Assembly: GCA_023485865.1 (NCBI GenBank)
Contig: JAMCZC010000035.1
Location: 1-44,131 of the forward strand
DNA: 44,131 nt
From: Patescibacteria group bacterium
GTDB taxonomy: Bacteria > Patescibacteriota > Microgenomatia > Levybacterales > UBA12049
Direction: 5' to 3'
Below the pieces are notes generated by a model. It had not been told where the DNA came from. It ran no database searches and saw only the letters and a program-made list of their open reading frames with translations. Of this stretch, positions 25,274-33,635 are shown one piece after another. Position numbers and translations under genes: made by a program. Numbering within the stretch: the first letter of the stretch is position 1; every line of letters begins with the position of its first letter.

Positions 25274-27891
25274 AACCAAGGTATTTTCCTCAAGAGATAG
25301 AGCCGTACTGGCAAAAGGTTTGGAAAGAGCAGGGGATTTATAAGTTCAGCCCCGCTTCGCACAAGGCTTCGCGGGGTAAATATTATAACCTCGTTGAATT
25401 GCCATACCCGTCGGGCGACCTTCATTTTGGACACTGGTTTTCGTTTGTCCCCGCAGACGCCCACGCAAGATATAAGAGAATGAGCGGTTTTAATGTGTTT
25501 TTCCCAAACGGTTTTGACGCCTTCGGGCTTCCCGCTGAAAATGCAGCCATAAAACGGGGCGTGCACCCTAAAGACTGGACAATGAAAAACATCGAGAACA
25601 TGACCAAGCAATTTGGAACAATGGGGACAATGATTGATTGGAATTTTACCGCCATAACCTGTCTTCCGGAGTATTACAGATGGAATCAGTGGATATTTTT
25701 AAAAATGTTTGAAAAAGGAATTGCTTATAGAGGCAAGGCGTTGTCAAATTGGTGTCCGGTTGACCAGACGGTTTTGGCAAATGAACATATAGAAAACGGC
25801 TGTTGCTGGAGATGCGGAGCGGAAGTTATTCAAAAGGAAGTTGAGCAGTGGTTTTTAAAGATCACAGATTACGCAGATAAGCTTATTTGGTCTGAAAATA
25901 GCCGGGTCGTCGATCGCCAGCCACGCTTTTCGAATGATGCTCGCTCAAGTTTTCCAAAAAAACAATCTCAAACCCGCTCGCTAAGTGAAAGCCTTTCTTC
26001 AAATTTTAAAAATAAACCCAACAAAAGTGCGACGGCTTTCAATTCATCTCAAAGCGAACTGACTCCCTCCGATCAAAATAATCAATCATCAATCAACAAT
26101 CAACAATCAGCCGTTGATTGGCCAAAAGAGGTTAGGGAAGGGCAGAATAACTGGATTGGCAGGTCGGAAGGAATGCTCCTCGAATTTAAAATTGGAGAAG
26201 CGAAAGCTTCGATTGAAGTGTTTACAACCAGACCCGAAACAACAGATGGGGCTACTTTTTTGGTGGTTGCTCCGGAACACGAATTCGTAACTTCGTTACT
26301 CAATATAAAAGATAAAATATCGAATATAAAATATAAGGGAATTTTAGAATACGTTGGGGGAGCCAAGAAAAAGACCGAGATGGAGCGAAAAGAAGACAGA
26401 ACAAAGTCCGGAATTTTCAGCGGAGCTTATGTGAAAAATCCGGTAACGGGTAAAGATATTCCGGTTTGGGTTTCTGATTATGTTTTGGCAGGCTATGGTA
26501 CAGGAGCGATAATGGCAGTTCCATATGCAGATGAAAGAGACAGGGAATTTGCCGAAAAATTCGATCTTCCAATTACAGAAACTAAGTTCAACGCAAAGCC
26601 AAAGGGCAAAAAAAGGGTTAATTATCACCTTCGCGACTGGTCTGTTTCAAGACAGCGCTATTGGGGGACGCCAATCCCAATCATTTACTGTCATAACTGC
26701 TGGGAATCAAAATTAAAAATTAAAAATGAAAAATTAAAAATTGAATATGGAAGGACTTATATAGAGATGGATGGACAAGAATACGCAATGGTTCAGGTTC
26801 CGTTGGAAGATTTGCCAATTGAGCTTCCTTATGATGTTGATTACACGCCAAAAGGAAAGCCGCCCCTGGGAACAGACGAAGAGTGGCTTAACGTAAAATG
26901 TCCAAAATGCGGAGGACCGGCAAAAAGAGACGCGGAAACCCTGGATACTTTTTTTGATTCTGCCTGGTATTACTACCGCTATGTTTCTCCAAAATACGAA
27001 AAAGGGCCCTTCGACAAGCTCAGGGTAAAAGAACTTTTACCGGTTGACGTCTATTTCGGGGGAGCAGAGCATACCGTAGGCCACACTTTATACGCCAGAT
27101 TTTTCACCAAGTTTTTCAAAGATTTGGGGCTGGTGCCTTTTGACGAGTTTGCTTCAAAAAGAGTCCAGCATGGGGTAATTTTAGGGCCGGACGGCAACAG
27201 AATGAGCAAATCCCGGGGAAATGTTGTAAGCCCTGACGAGGTCGTAAAGGAATACGGTACCGACGCCTCAAGACTTTACCTTTGTTTTATGATGCCATAC
27301 GAAGCAACTGCACCTTGGTCAACATCTGCAATAAGCGGCATTTACAGGTTTTTAAAAAGAGTCTGGGATCTGCAATATGAGATTAAAAATAAAAAATTAA
27401 ATATAAAAAATGGATTAAGCAAAGAAGATTTAAGCCAGATGCATATAGCTATCAAAAAAGTGGGGGAAGATTTGGAAAATTTTCATTTCAATACCGCAGT
27501 CGCAGCCCTTATGACCTGGTTGAATTTTCTCTCGGCAAAAAAGGAAATTGCAAAAGAGGAGTACGAAACTTTTCTTAAACTTTTAAGTCCTTTTGCGCCC
27601 CATATCACAGAAGAACTTTGGCACTCGCTAAATCCGTCTGATAACTCCATCCATCTGGAAAGCTGGCCTAAATTTGACTCCAAATATCTTGTTGCGGATA
27701 AAGTATCTGTTGTCGTTCAGATAAACGGCAAGGTAAGGGACAGCATAAAAATCAAAAATCAAAAATCAAAAATCAAAAGTTACGTTGAGGAGGAAGCAAG
27801 AAAAAGCGGGAAGGTTAAGAGGTATCTGGAGGGAAAAGAGATAAAGAAGGTAATTTACGTAGAGGGCAGGATAATTAACTTTGTCATATAA
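25243..27891 (+). CDS. leuS: Leucine--tRNA ligase with several in-frame insertions
   Basis: PYPSGDLHFGH, GFDAFGLPAENAA, QNNWIGRSEG, FTTRP, GYGTGAIMAVP, LRDWSVSRQRYWGTPIP, RMSKS, VVQINGKVR. Confidence 0.97.
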   Translation: MKIKNLKFKIKPRYFPQEIEPYWQKVWKEQGIYKFSPASHKASRGKYYNLVELPYPSGDLHFGHWFSFVPADAHARYKRMSGFNVFFPNGFDAFGLPAENAAIKRGVHPKDWTMKNIENMTKQFGTMGTMIDWNFTAITCLPEYYRWNQWIFLKMFEKGIAYRGKALSNWCPVDQTVLANEHIENGCCWRCGAEVIQKEVEQWFLKITDYADKLIWSENSRVVDRQPRFSNDARSSFPKKQSQTRSLSESLSSNFKNKPNKSATAFNSSQSELTPSDQNNQSSINNQQSAVDWPKEVREGQNNWIGRSEGMLLEFKIGEAKASIEVFTTRPETTDGATFLVVAPEHEFVTSLLNIKDKISNIKYKGILEYVGGAKKKTEMERKEDRTKSGIFSGAYVKNPVTGKDIPVWVSDYVLAGYGTGAIMAVPYADERDREFAEKFDLPITETKFNAKPKGKKRVNYHLRDWSVSRQRYWGTPIPIIYCHNCWESKLKIKNEKLKIEYGRTYIEMDGQEYAMVQVPLEDLPIELPYDVDYTPKGKPPLGTDEEWLNVKCPKCGGPAKRDAETLDTFFDSAWYYYRYVSPKYEKGPFDKLRVKELLPVDVYFGGAEHTVGHTLYARFFTKFFKDLGLVPFDEFASKRVQHGVILGPDGNRMSKSRGNVVSPDEVVKEYGTDASRLYLCFMMPYEATAPWSTSAISGIYRFLKRVWDLQYEIKNKKLNIKNGLSKEDLSQMHIAIKKVGEDLENFHFNTAVAALMTWLNFLSAKKEIAKEEYETFLKLLSPFAPHITEELWHSLNPSDNSIHLESWPKFDSKYLVADKVSVVVQINGKVRDSIKIKNQKSKIKSYVEEEARKSGKVKRYLEGKEIKKVIYVEGRIINFVI

Positions 27892-27992
27892 TAATTTCAA
27901 ATTTCTAATTCTTAATTTGTAATCAAATCCAAAGCTCAAATTTTAAAAATTAAAACATTTATTGAAAATTTAAAATTTTAAATTAAAAATTT
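27892..27992. repeat. Family B heptamer element between leuS and comEA
   Basis: aatttcaaatttctaatt..caaatccaaa..attgaaaatttaaaattttaaatt. Confidence 0.65.
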
Positions 27993-27998
27993 ACGCTT

Positions 27999-28646
27999 AT
28001 GCTTGAAATTGCCCGGCAAGCAGGAGAGAAATATTTGCCTGTTATCAAACAAAACCGGCTGCCTTTAGGCTTGGGATTGCTTGGTTTGATATTGTTTATA
28101 TATGGTTTGATAGCATTACTGGGTTCGGCCTCAAATAAGAGTGATCTTACATTTGAACCTGCTAAATCAGCCTCGGATAGCGCACAGACTAATACTCAAA
28201 ATATTGTGGTAGATGTGGAAGGAGCAGTTGTGAAGCCCGGAATATACTCTTTGGCTTTGGGCTCAAGGGTACAGGAGGCTTTGGTTTTAGCTTTAGGACT
28301 GTCCCAAACAGCCGACAGAAATTGGGTAGAGAAAAACCTCAACCTGGCTGCAAAATTAACCGACGGAGCAAAAATTTACATCCCAAGGCTTGGAGAGGTT
28401 CAAAATAACACAGCAAATTTTGTTCAAGGGGCAAGTTCCGGTACGGATACTATCACCTCAAGCGCGTTAATAAATGTAAATACAGCATCGGGAGCAGAGC
28501 TGGATACTTTGCCGGGAATAGGCGCTGCAACCGCCCAGAAAATTATCAATAACAGGCCGTATGCAAGCGTTGAAGAGCTTTTATCCAAAAAGGCGGTAAA
28601 CAGCAAGGTATTCTCGCAGATAAAAGACAAAGTCAGCGTGAACTGA
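27999..28646 (+). CDS. comEA: Competence DNA-binding protein ComEA (SLBB + HhH)
   Basis: TM; VVDVEGAVVKPGIY; LNLAAKLTDGAKIYIP; INVNTASGAELDTLPGIG. Confidence 0.93.
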   Translation: MLEIARQAGEKYLPVIKQNRLPLGLGLLGLILFIYGLIALLGSASNKSDLTFEPAKSASDSAQTNTQNIVVDVEGAVVKPGIYSLALGSRVQEALVLALGLSQTADRNWVEKNLNLAAKLTDGAKIYIPRLGEVQNNTANFVQGASSGTDTITSSALINVNTASGAELDTLPGIGAATAQKIINNRPYASVEELLSKKAVNSKVFSQIKDKVSVN

Positions 28647-29110
28647 CAATAAGCAAATAAGCAAATGACTAATATGCAAATAAATAATAAAATTACTAAT
28701 CAACAAGTAAAAGAAAGGGATATTCACGAGAGAATTTATAAGTTTGTTATACGGGTAATTGCCTTAACAAAATCTCTTCCAAAAAATCCTCAAAACGATG
28801 TAATAATTTATCAAATTGTTAAATCTGTAACCTCAATGGGTGCAAATGACCAGGAGGCAGATGGTTCTGAATCAAGAAAAGACTTTATAGCAAAATACTC
28901 AATAGTAAAGAAAGAAAATAAAGAAACCAATTATTGGTTAAGAGTTATTGGTGATACAAACCCCGCTATAAAAAAACGGATAGGAAATCTTCAGAATGAA
29001 GGATTAGAGCTAGTTAGAATTATATCTGCGATCATATTAAGCGCAAAGAGAAAAATTTAATTATTTGAAGATTCATTTGAAATTTGCTTATTTGCATATT
29101 TGCTTATTCT
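28647..29110 (+). mobile_element. Putative cassette: four-helix-bundle gene enclosed by the left and right arms of the family A palindrome
   Basis: Left arm aataagcaaataagcaaatgactaatatgcaaat (~28648-28681); right arm attcatttgaaatttgcttatttgcatatttgcttatt (~29071-29108); lies between comEA and comEC. Confidence 0.55.
28665..29060 (+). CDS. Four-helix-bundle protein (short Avd/23S-IVP-like type)
   Basis: DIHERIYKFVIRVI..QIVKSVTSMGANDQEA..SRKDFIAKYSIVKKENKETNYWLRVI..ELVRIISAI. Confidence 0.88.
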   Translation: MTNMQINNKITNQQVKERDIHERIYKFVIRVIALTKSLPKNPQNDVIIYQIVKSVTSMGANDQEADGSESRKDFIAKYSIVKKENKETNYWLRVIGDTNPAIKKRIGNLQNEGLELVRIISAIILSAKRKI

Positions 29111-29115
29111 AAATC

Positions 29116-30429
29116 ATGCCCATTAAGTTTTTTATAGCTTTTTTGTTATTAGTATTGTCGGTCCGCTTTTTCTTCTTTTACTTGTCAAAATCAAATTATA
29201 GGGACGGACAGGAAATTAGTTTTGAGGCAGCGTTATTTTCCGAGCCTCAAGCTATAGGGAATTTTCAAAGATTTCCGCTTAGCCTTCCAACGGGAGAGAC
29301 TGTTTTTGTTACGGCGCCTGCATTCCCGGAGTATAAGTATGGTGATAGAGTAATGGTGTCAAGCCCCATAAGAATTTTACCTCGAGCCGGAGGCTTTCAG
29401 CCTCGCGCTCTCGAGGAGCAATCATACGGGGTAAGCACTCAAGCTGTTGAACCGCTAATCTCAAAAAGAATTTACACAATGTATTTTCCTAAAATTAGCC
29501 TTGTGAAACCTCAATTTAACCCACTTTTAGCAGTCACTGCCTTTATCCGCCAATCCGTAACAACTCGCTTCAATAACAATCTGCCTCCCGACTTATCCAG
29601 TCTATTGCTCGGAATTGTTTTTGGAATTAAAGCCCCGATGTCAGCTAATTTTCTGGGTAATCTAAGGATTGCCGGAGTAATGCACGTTATTGCCGCATCG
29701 GGAATGAATATTACCATGGTCGCGGGTTTCCTAAGTTCAATTTTCACGCTATTTTTAAGACGCCAGACGGCGCTTTTGGCCAGCATTATAGGAATTGTTT
29801 TCTATGCTTTTTTGGCCGGTATGCAGCCTTCAATAATTAGAGCGGCAATTATGGGAATTCTGGTTTTTTCCTCACAAATCCTGGGCCGGCAAAGCTTGGG
29901 TGCTTACGGACTTTTTCTGGCGGCGTTTATGATGCTCTTTATTTCTCCTGGATTAATTTCCGACGTTGGCTTCCAGTTGAGTTTCGCCGCAACGGCAGGA
30001 CTTTTGTATTTAAATCCCTTATTTGGCAGAGCAGGGAAGCTCAATAGTCTAATCAAGAGATTCCCTTTGTTGGAGGATCTTTTTATAACTTTCAGCGCTC
30101 AATTATCTACCTTACCGATTCTTTTGGCAACTTTCGGCACATATTCTCTTTGGTCAATACCCGCAAACGCTCTTGTTTTGTGGACCGTGCCGGTCTTAAT
30201 GATTTTAGGGGGAGTAGGGGCAATTTTAGGAATGATTTTTCTGCCCTTAGGTTCAATCTTAGTTTACTTTTGTCTTCCTCTACTTTTATATTTTCAAAAA
30301 ATAGTAATTTTCTTTAGTTCCTTGGGCGGAGTTTTGACGATTCGGAATTTACCCCTAACTTTTATTTTGGGTTATTATCTTCTCGTTTTGTCTTTTGTTT
30401 TTTACTTTTCAAAACCAAAAAAAAGCTAA
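29116..30429 (+). CDS. comEC: ComEC/Rec2 competence channel (membrane domain only, no beta-lactamase domain)
   Basis: GVMHVIAASGMNI, PSIIRAAIM, DVGFQLSFAATAGL. Confidence 0.92.
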   Translation: MPIKFFIAFLLLVLSVRFFFFYLSKSNYRDGQEISFEAALFSEPQAIGNFQRFPLSLPTGETVFVTAPAFPEYKYGDRVMVSSPIRILPRAGGFQPRALEEQSYGVSTQAVEPLISKRIYTMYFPKISLVKPQFNPLLAVTAFIRQSVTTRFNNNLPPDLSSLLLGIVFGIKAPMSANFLGNLRIAGVMHVIAASGMNITMVAGFLSSIFTLFLRRQTALLASIIGIVFYAFLAGMQPSIIRAAIMGILVFSSQILGRQSLGAYGLFLAAFMMLFISPGLISDVGFQLSFAATAGLLYLNPLFGRAGKLNSLIKRFPLLEDLFITFSAQLSTLPILLATFGTYSLWSIPANALVLWTVPVLMILGGVGAILGMIFLPLGSILVYFCLPLLLYFQKIVIFFSSLGGVLTIRNLPLTFILGYYLLVLSFVFYFSKPKKS

Positions 30430-30562
30430 AGCCTTCCGCCAAATTTTCATGAAAATCCTTTCGCGGGGCGAAAAATCTACCAACAAATGCTATTCTTTGA
30501 TATATTATGATTAATAAAACCGGTAAAAACGGGATTTTTGCCCAAAAATACTACAAGATAAT

Positions 30563-30588
30563 TTAGCACTCAAAATTTAGAGTGCCAC
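30563..30588. promoter_or_regulatory. CIRCE-like inverted repeat (imperfect, orphan)
   Basis: TTAGCACTC-N8-GAGTGCCAC versus consensus TTAGCACTC-N9-GAGTGCTAA. Confidence 0.35.
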
Positions 30589-30629
30589 GTTTTAAAAATG
30601 CGGCCGGGCGGAGTTTTGGGGAAACATTT

Positions 30630-32360
30630 TCAATTTGCCCCGGCGGAAGTTGCGGCAAAAGGTCTTGTAAAAGTCTTATTCTGGTGGAAAACGTCATCCG
30701 AGAGGGGAAGCGTAAACGAAATAGTTGTACCCTGTCCTACGTCTGATTTGACCACAACTTGCCCCCCGTGAGCCTCAACAACGCCTTTAACGATATATAA
30801 TCCAAGTCCGGTGCCTTTCTTTTCCAGCTCATGAGGCGTTTTCCGTATCTGGTAAAACTTGGAAAAAAGGTCTTTTTGATCTTCCTCGGAAATGCCCATG
30901 CCGGTATCGGAAACCGAAACGGTTACGCTATCCGTGTTAATCTCTCCAAAAATAGTAATTTTGCCTGCCGAGGGGGTAAATTTAAGGCTGTTAGAGACCA
31001 GATTATTCAGTACCTGGGTAATCCTTGTCCGGTCAAAATTAACCTGGGGCAGGGACTTTGGCACATAAGAATTAATTTCTATGTTTTTCTTTATTGCCCG
31101 GGGAGAAAAGGCGTCCACAACTTCATTTATAAGCTGGTTTAAGTCATTTGGAGCTTTTTGTACAATAAATCTTCCCGCCTCAATTTTTGCCGCATCCAGA
31201 ACCGAGCCAATCTGCTCCAAAAGCACTTTAGCCTGGGAATCTATGATGCCAAGAAGTTGTTTTTGTTCGCTCTCTTTCAGCTTTTTTTCCTCGAGCATTA
31301 ATTCCGAGGAATCTTTGATGGCGGTTAACGGCGCTCTTAATTCATGGACCATCATATTGGTAAAGTCTTCTTTTATCCCGGAGAGGTTTTTTTCTATCGT
31401 AATATCGTGCATCAGAACAGAAACGCCTGTAATTTTTTGGATTTCTTCCGAATTAAAAACCGGCGTTAAGAAAATCTGAAAGGTGTTTTCTCCAATTACT
31501 ACCTCTTTTTCCTCAACAGCCTTTTTCGAAGTTACCGATTCGCTTATTTTTCCCAGTAAATCGTATTTTCCCGACATTTCATTCAAAATGTCGAGAATTG
31601 TGATGTTTTCTCTTTGGATATTTAAGAATTTCCTGGCCGCTTCATTTATTATCAGCAGTTTGTTTTTGTCATCAACCATAAAAACTCCGTCGGCAAGGCT
31701 TCCGATCATCGAAGTCAGCTTACTTTCTTCTACTTCGAGAACCTGACGAAGCCTCGTTAAGGCGTTTGATGCATTTTCCGTAATCTGGTAAAGGGTGGTT
31801 ACCGCGTCTTCTTTGTATAAATCCGGCGTAGTTGAGGAAACATTTATAAGTCCTGTGACCTTATTGTTAATAATAAGCGGGATATGAAAAAAAGAGGCTA
31901 AGGGGAGTTTATTTGCTTCATCCAAAGAAACTCCGGAAAGCGTTTGGTCAATGAATGTCGGTAAGTTTGGTAAAAGTGTCCCGATGGAGGCTAACATGCT
32001 CTTTCTTACCTGACTTATAAAAAGACTGCTTACGTTTTCTTCAACATAGGTTTTAAATATTAGCTTATCTTCCTTAACAACAATAGACGAAGCAGAAGAG
32101 TAGGAAAAAAGGTTTTTGAGACTTCCGGTGATAATATCAATTATTTGCTCAACGTCAAGGGAATAACTTATTTTATCCTGGATTTCTTTTAAAACAGAGA
32201 TTTGGTAGAGCTTCTGTTTGTCGATTTGCTGCTGTTTTTTGATCGCGTCCATTTTCCTTTTTTCATAGATTATCCATAAGAATAAACCAACGACCGAGAT
32301 TTTAACGAGATCATCTAACTTAATTAAGAGGATGTTTGAGGGGTTGAAAAATCCATTCAT
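30630..32360 (-). CDS. Sensor histidine kinase (TM, GAF, PAS, HisKA, HATPase)
   Basis: MVHELRAPLTAI; QVLNNLVSNSLKFT; VSDTGMGI; GTGLGLYIVK. Confidence 0.95.
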   Translation of the reverse strand: MNGFFNPSNILLIKLDDLVKISVVGLFLWIIYEKRKMDAIKKQQQIDKQKLYQISVLKEIQDKISYSLDVEQIIDIITGSLKNLFSYSSASSIVVKEDKLIFKTYVEENVSSLFISQVRKSMLASIGTLLPNLPTFIDQTLSGVSLDEANKLPLASFFHIPLIINNKVTGLINVSSTTPDLYKEDAVTTLYQITENASNALTRLRQVLEVEESKLTSMIGSLADGVFMVDDKNKLLIINEAARKFLNIQRENITILDILNEMSGKYDLLGKISESVTSKKAVEEKEVVIGENTFQIFLTPVFNSEEIQKITGVSVLMHDITIEKNLSGIKEDFTNMMVHELRAPLTAIKDSSELMLEEKKLKESEQKQLLGIIDSQAKVLLEQIGSVLDAAKIEAGRFIVQKAPNDLNQLINEVVDAFSPRAIKKNIEINSYVPKSLPQVNFDRTRITQVLNNLVSNSLKFTPSAGKITIFGEINTDSVTVSVSDTGMGISEEDQKDLFSKFYQIRKTPHELEKKGTGLGLYIVKGVVEAHGGQVVVKSDVGQGTTISFTLPLSDDVFHQNKTFTRPFAATSAGAN

Positions 32361-32704
32361 TATTTTGTAAGCGATTCAAGCTTATCGCCTGTTCTTTTAC
32401 TGCCGATAACAATAATATAGGTGCCAATTATAAAAAGAGGCGCTTTTATCAAAAGTAAAATATTGGTAAAACTTACGCTTGTAAATCCGGAAACCTGGAG
32501 GTACGATTCAAGCGCATCGACAAGAATGCCCCCGGCAATAAAAAATATACCTACGGCAATTGATTTAAATCCGCTGGCTAAAATCCCGCTTCCGAACTTT
32601 TTAGTAACGCCGACCATAATAAAACCTGCGGCAATTCCTGCAAGAACAGAAACAAAAGAACTTCCTTCGATGAATATTGTTAAAAGTTTTTGTGTATCTA
32701 TCAT
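32360..32704 (-). CDS. Small 3-TM membrane protein, unknown function
   Basis: Three hydrophobic segments; stop overlaps the kinase start. Confidence 0.75.
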   Translation of the reverse strand: MIDTQKLLTIFIEGSSFVSVLAGIAAGFIMVGVTKKFGSGILASGFKSIAVGIFFIAGGILVDALESYLQVSGFTSVSFTNILLLIKAPLFIIGTYIIVIGSKRTGDKLESLTK

Positions 32705-32705
32705 A

Positions 32706-33086
32706 CTAACCCTTAGTGCTTCCTAAAGCTTGATTTATGGCTTCTTGAGCGGCATTGGCCTTGGGTTCTTGAGGAGCAGGGGGGGGTGGCGCAGTGACCT
32801 GCGGGGGTTGTGTTAGATTCGCTCCTCCATCAGGATAAGCCGAAAGTAAGGGCTCCATGGTTTTTCTGACAATCAGGCCGGAAAGTTGAACGAATTGGTC
32901 AATCAACCCCTGGATAAGTTCCTGGGGAGGACCTTGGATTGCGGTAACCGTTCCGCTGTCGTCCACAACAAGTCCTTTAACATTTCTGGCCTTGGCAAGA
33001 GTTATCCCGGGTCCTAAGATTACCATTTGTTTCTGGATAACTTCCGTTAATAATTTTTTGTAATCGGTGTCTTGGGCAGGCTGCAT
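32706..33086 (-). CDS. Small soluble hypothetical protein with Pro-rich tail
   Basis: 126-aa ORF packed with 1-nt gaps between the regulator and the membrane protein. Confidence 0.75.
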   Translation of the reverse strand: MQPAQDTDYKKLLTEVIQKQMVILGPGITLAKARNVKGLVVDDSGTVTAIQGPPQELIQGLIDQFVQLSGLIVRKTMEPLLSAYPDGGANLTQPPQVTAPPPPAPQEPKANAAQEAINQALGSTKG

Positions 33087-33087
33087 A

Positions 33088-33462
33088 TTAATTTTGCCCT
33101 TTGCTTAGGGCGTTTTTAATCTTTTCAATTACGTCTTTTGGCTCAACCTGATATTTAAACACATAATCCGCCGCGCCGGCGTTAATTGCTTCTTTGACCA
33201 GTTCATCCTGACTAAAATTGGACAGTATAATTACCGGTATATTTTTTGTTTTATCATCAGTCTTAAGCTGTTTTAGAATGTCGTTTCCCGAATAGTCGGG
33301 TAAAACCTGATCGAGCAAAATAAGGTCAGGAGCTTCGGTTTTTGCCTTGTCCATACCTTCCTGTCCGGTGTTTTCGGCCATTACCTGAAAACCCTCTTTT
33401 GTAAGTGCGGCAGTAAAAATGGTGGTCAGCGCTTCGTCGTCGTCGATAAGAAGAATTTTCAT
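33088..33462 (-). CDS. Single-domain response regulator (CheY-like)
   Basis: MKILLIDDD..PDLILLDQVLP..IPVIILSN..GAADYVFK; preceded by TTGCAT-N17-TACGTT. Confidence 0.92.
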   Translation of the reverse strand: MKILLIDDDEALTTIFTAALTKEGFQVMAENTGQEGMDKAKTEAPDLILLDQVLPDYSGNDILKQLKTDDKTKNIPVIILSNFSQDELVKEAINAGAADYVFKYQVEPKDVIEKIKNALSKGQN

Positions 33463-33517
33463 AGCTAATACCAACGTAGCAGTTCTTTTTTGAAAATGCA
33501 AGCCCCCAGATAATGAT

Positions 33518-33612
33518 AAATATGCAAATGCTAAATAAGCAAATGAATATTTAAATGATTTAATGATTAATTCATTCATTTGAGATTTGCTTATTTGCTT
33601 ATTGGGTTATTT
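33518..33612. repeat. Family A palindrome, ~95 bp, one mismatch to 40505-40599
   Basis: Direct comparison; sits between divergent promoters. Confidence 0.9.
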
Positions 33613-33635
33613 TATTGTGGTACAATATTGCCAAT

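Noticed and set aside
33463-33635. N-terminal extensions of the response regulator (from 33579) and argS (from 33615)
   Set aside because: They run through a family A repeat and the predicted promoters; conserved domains begin at 33462 and 33636.
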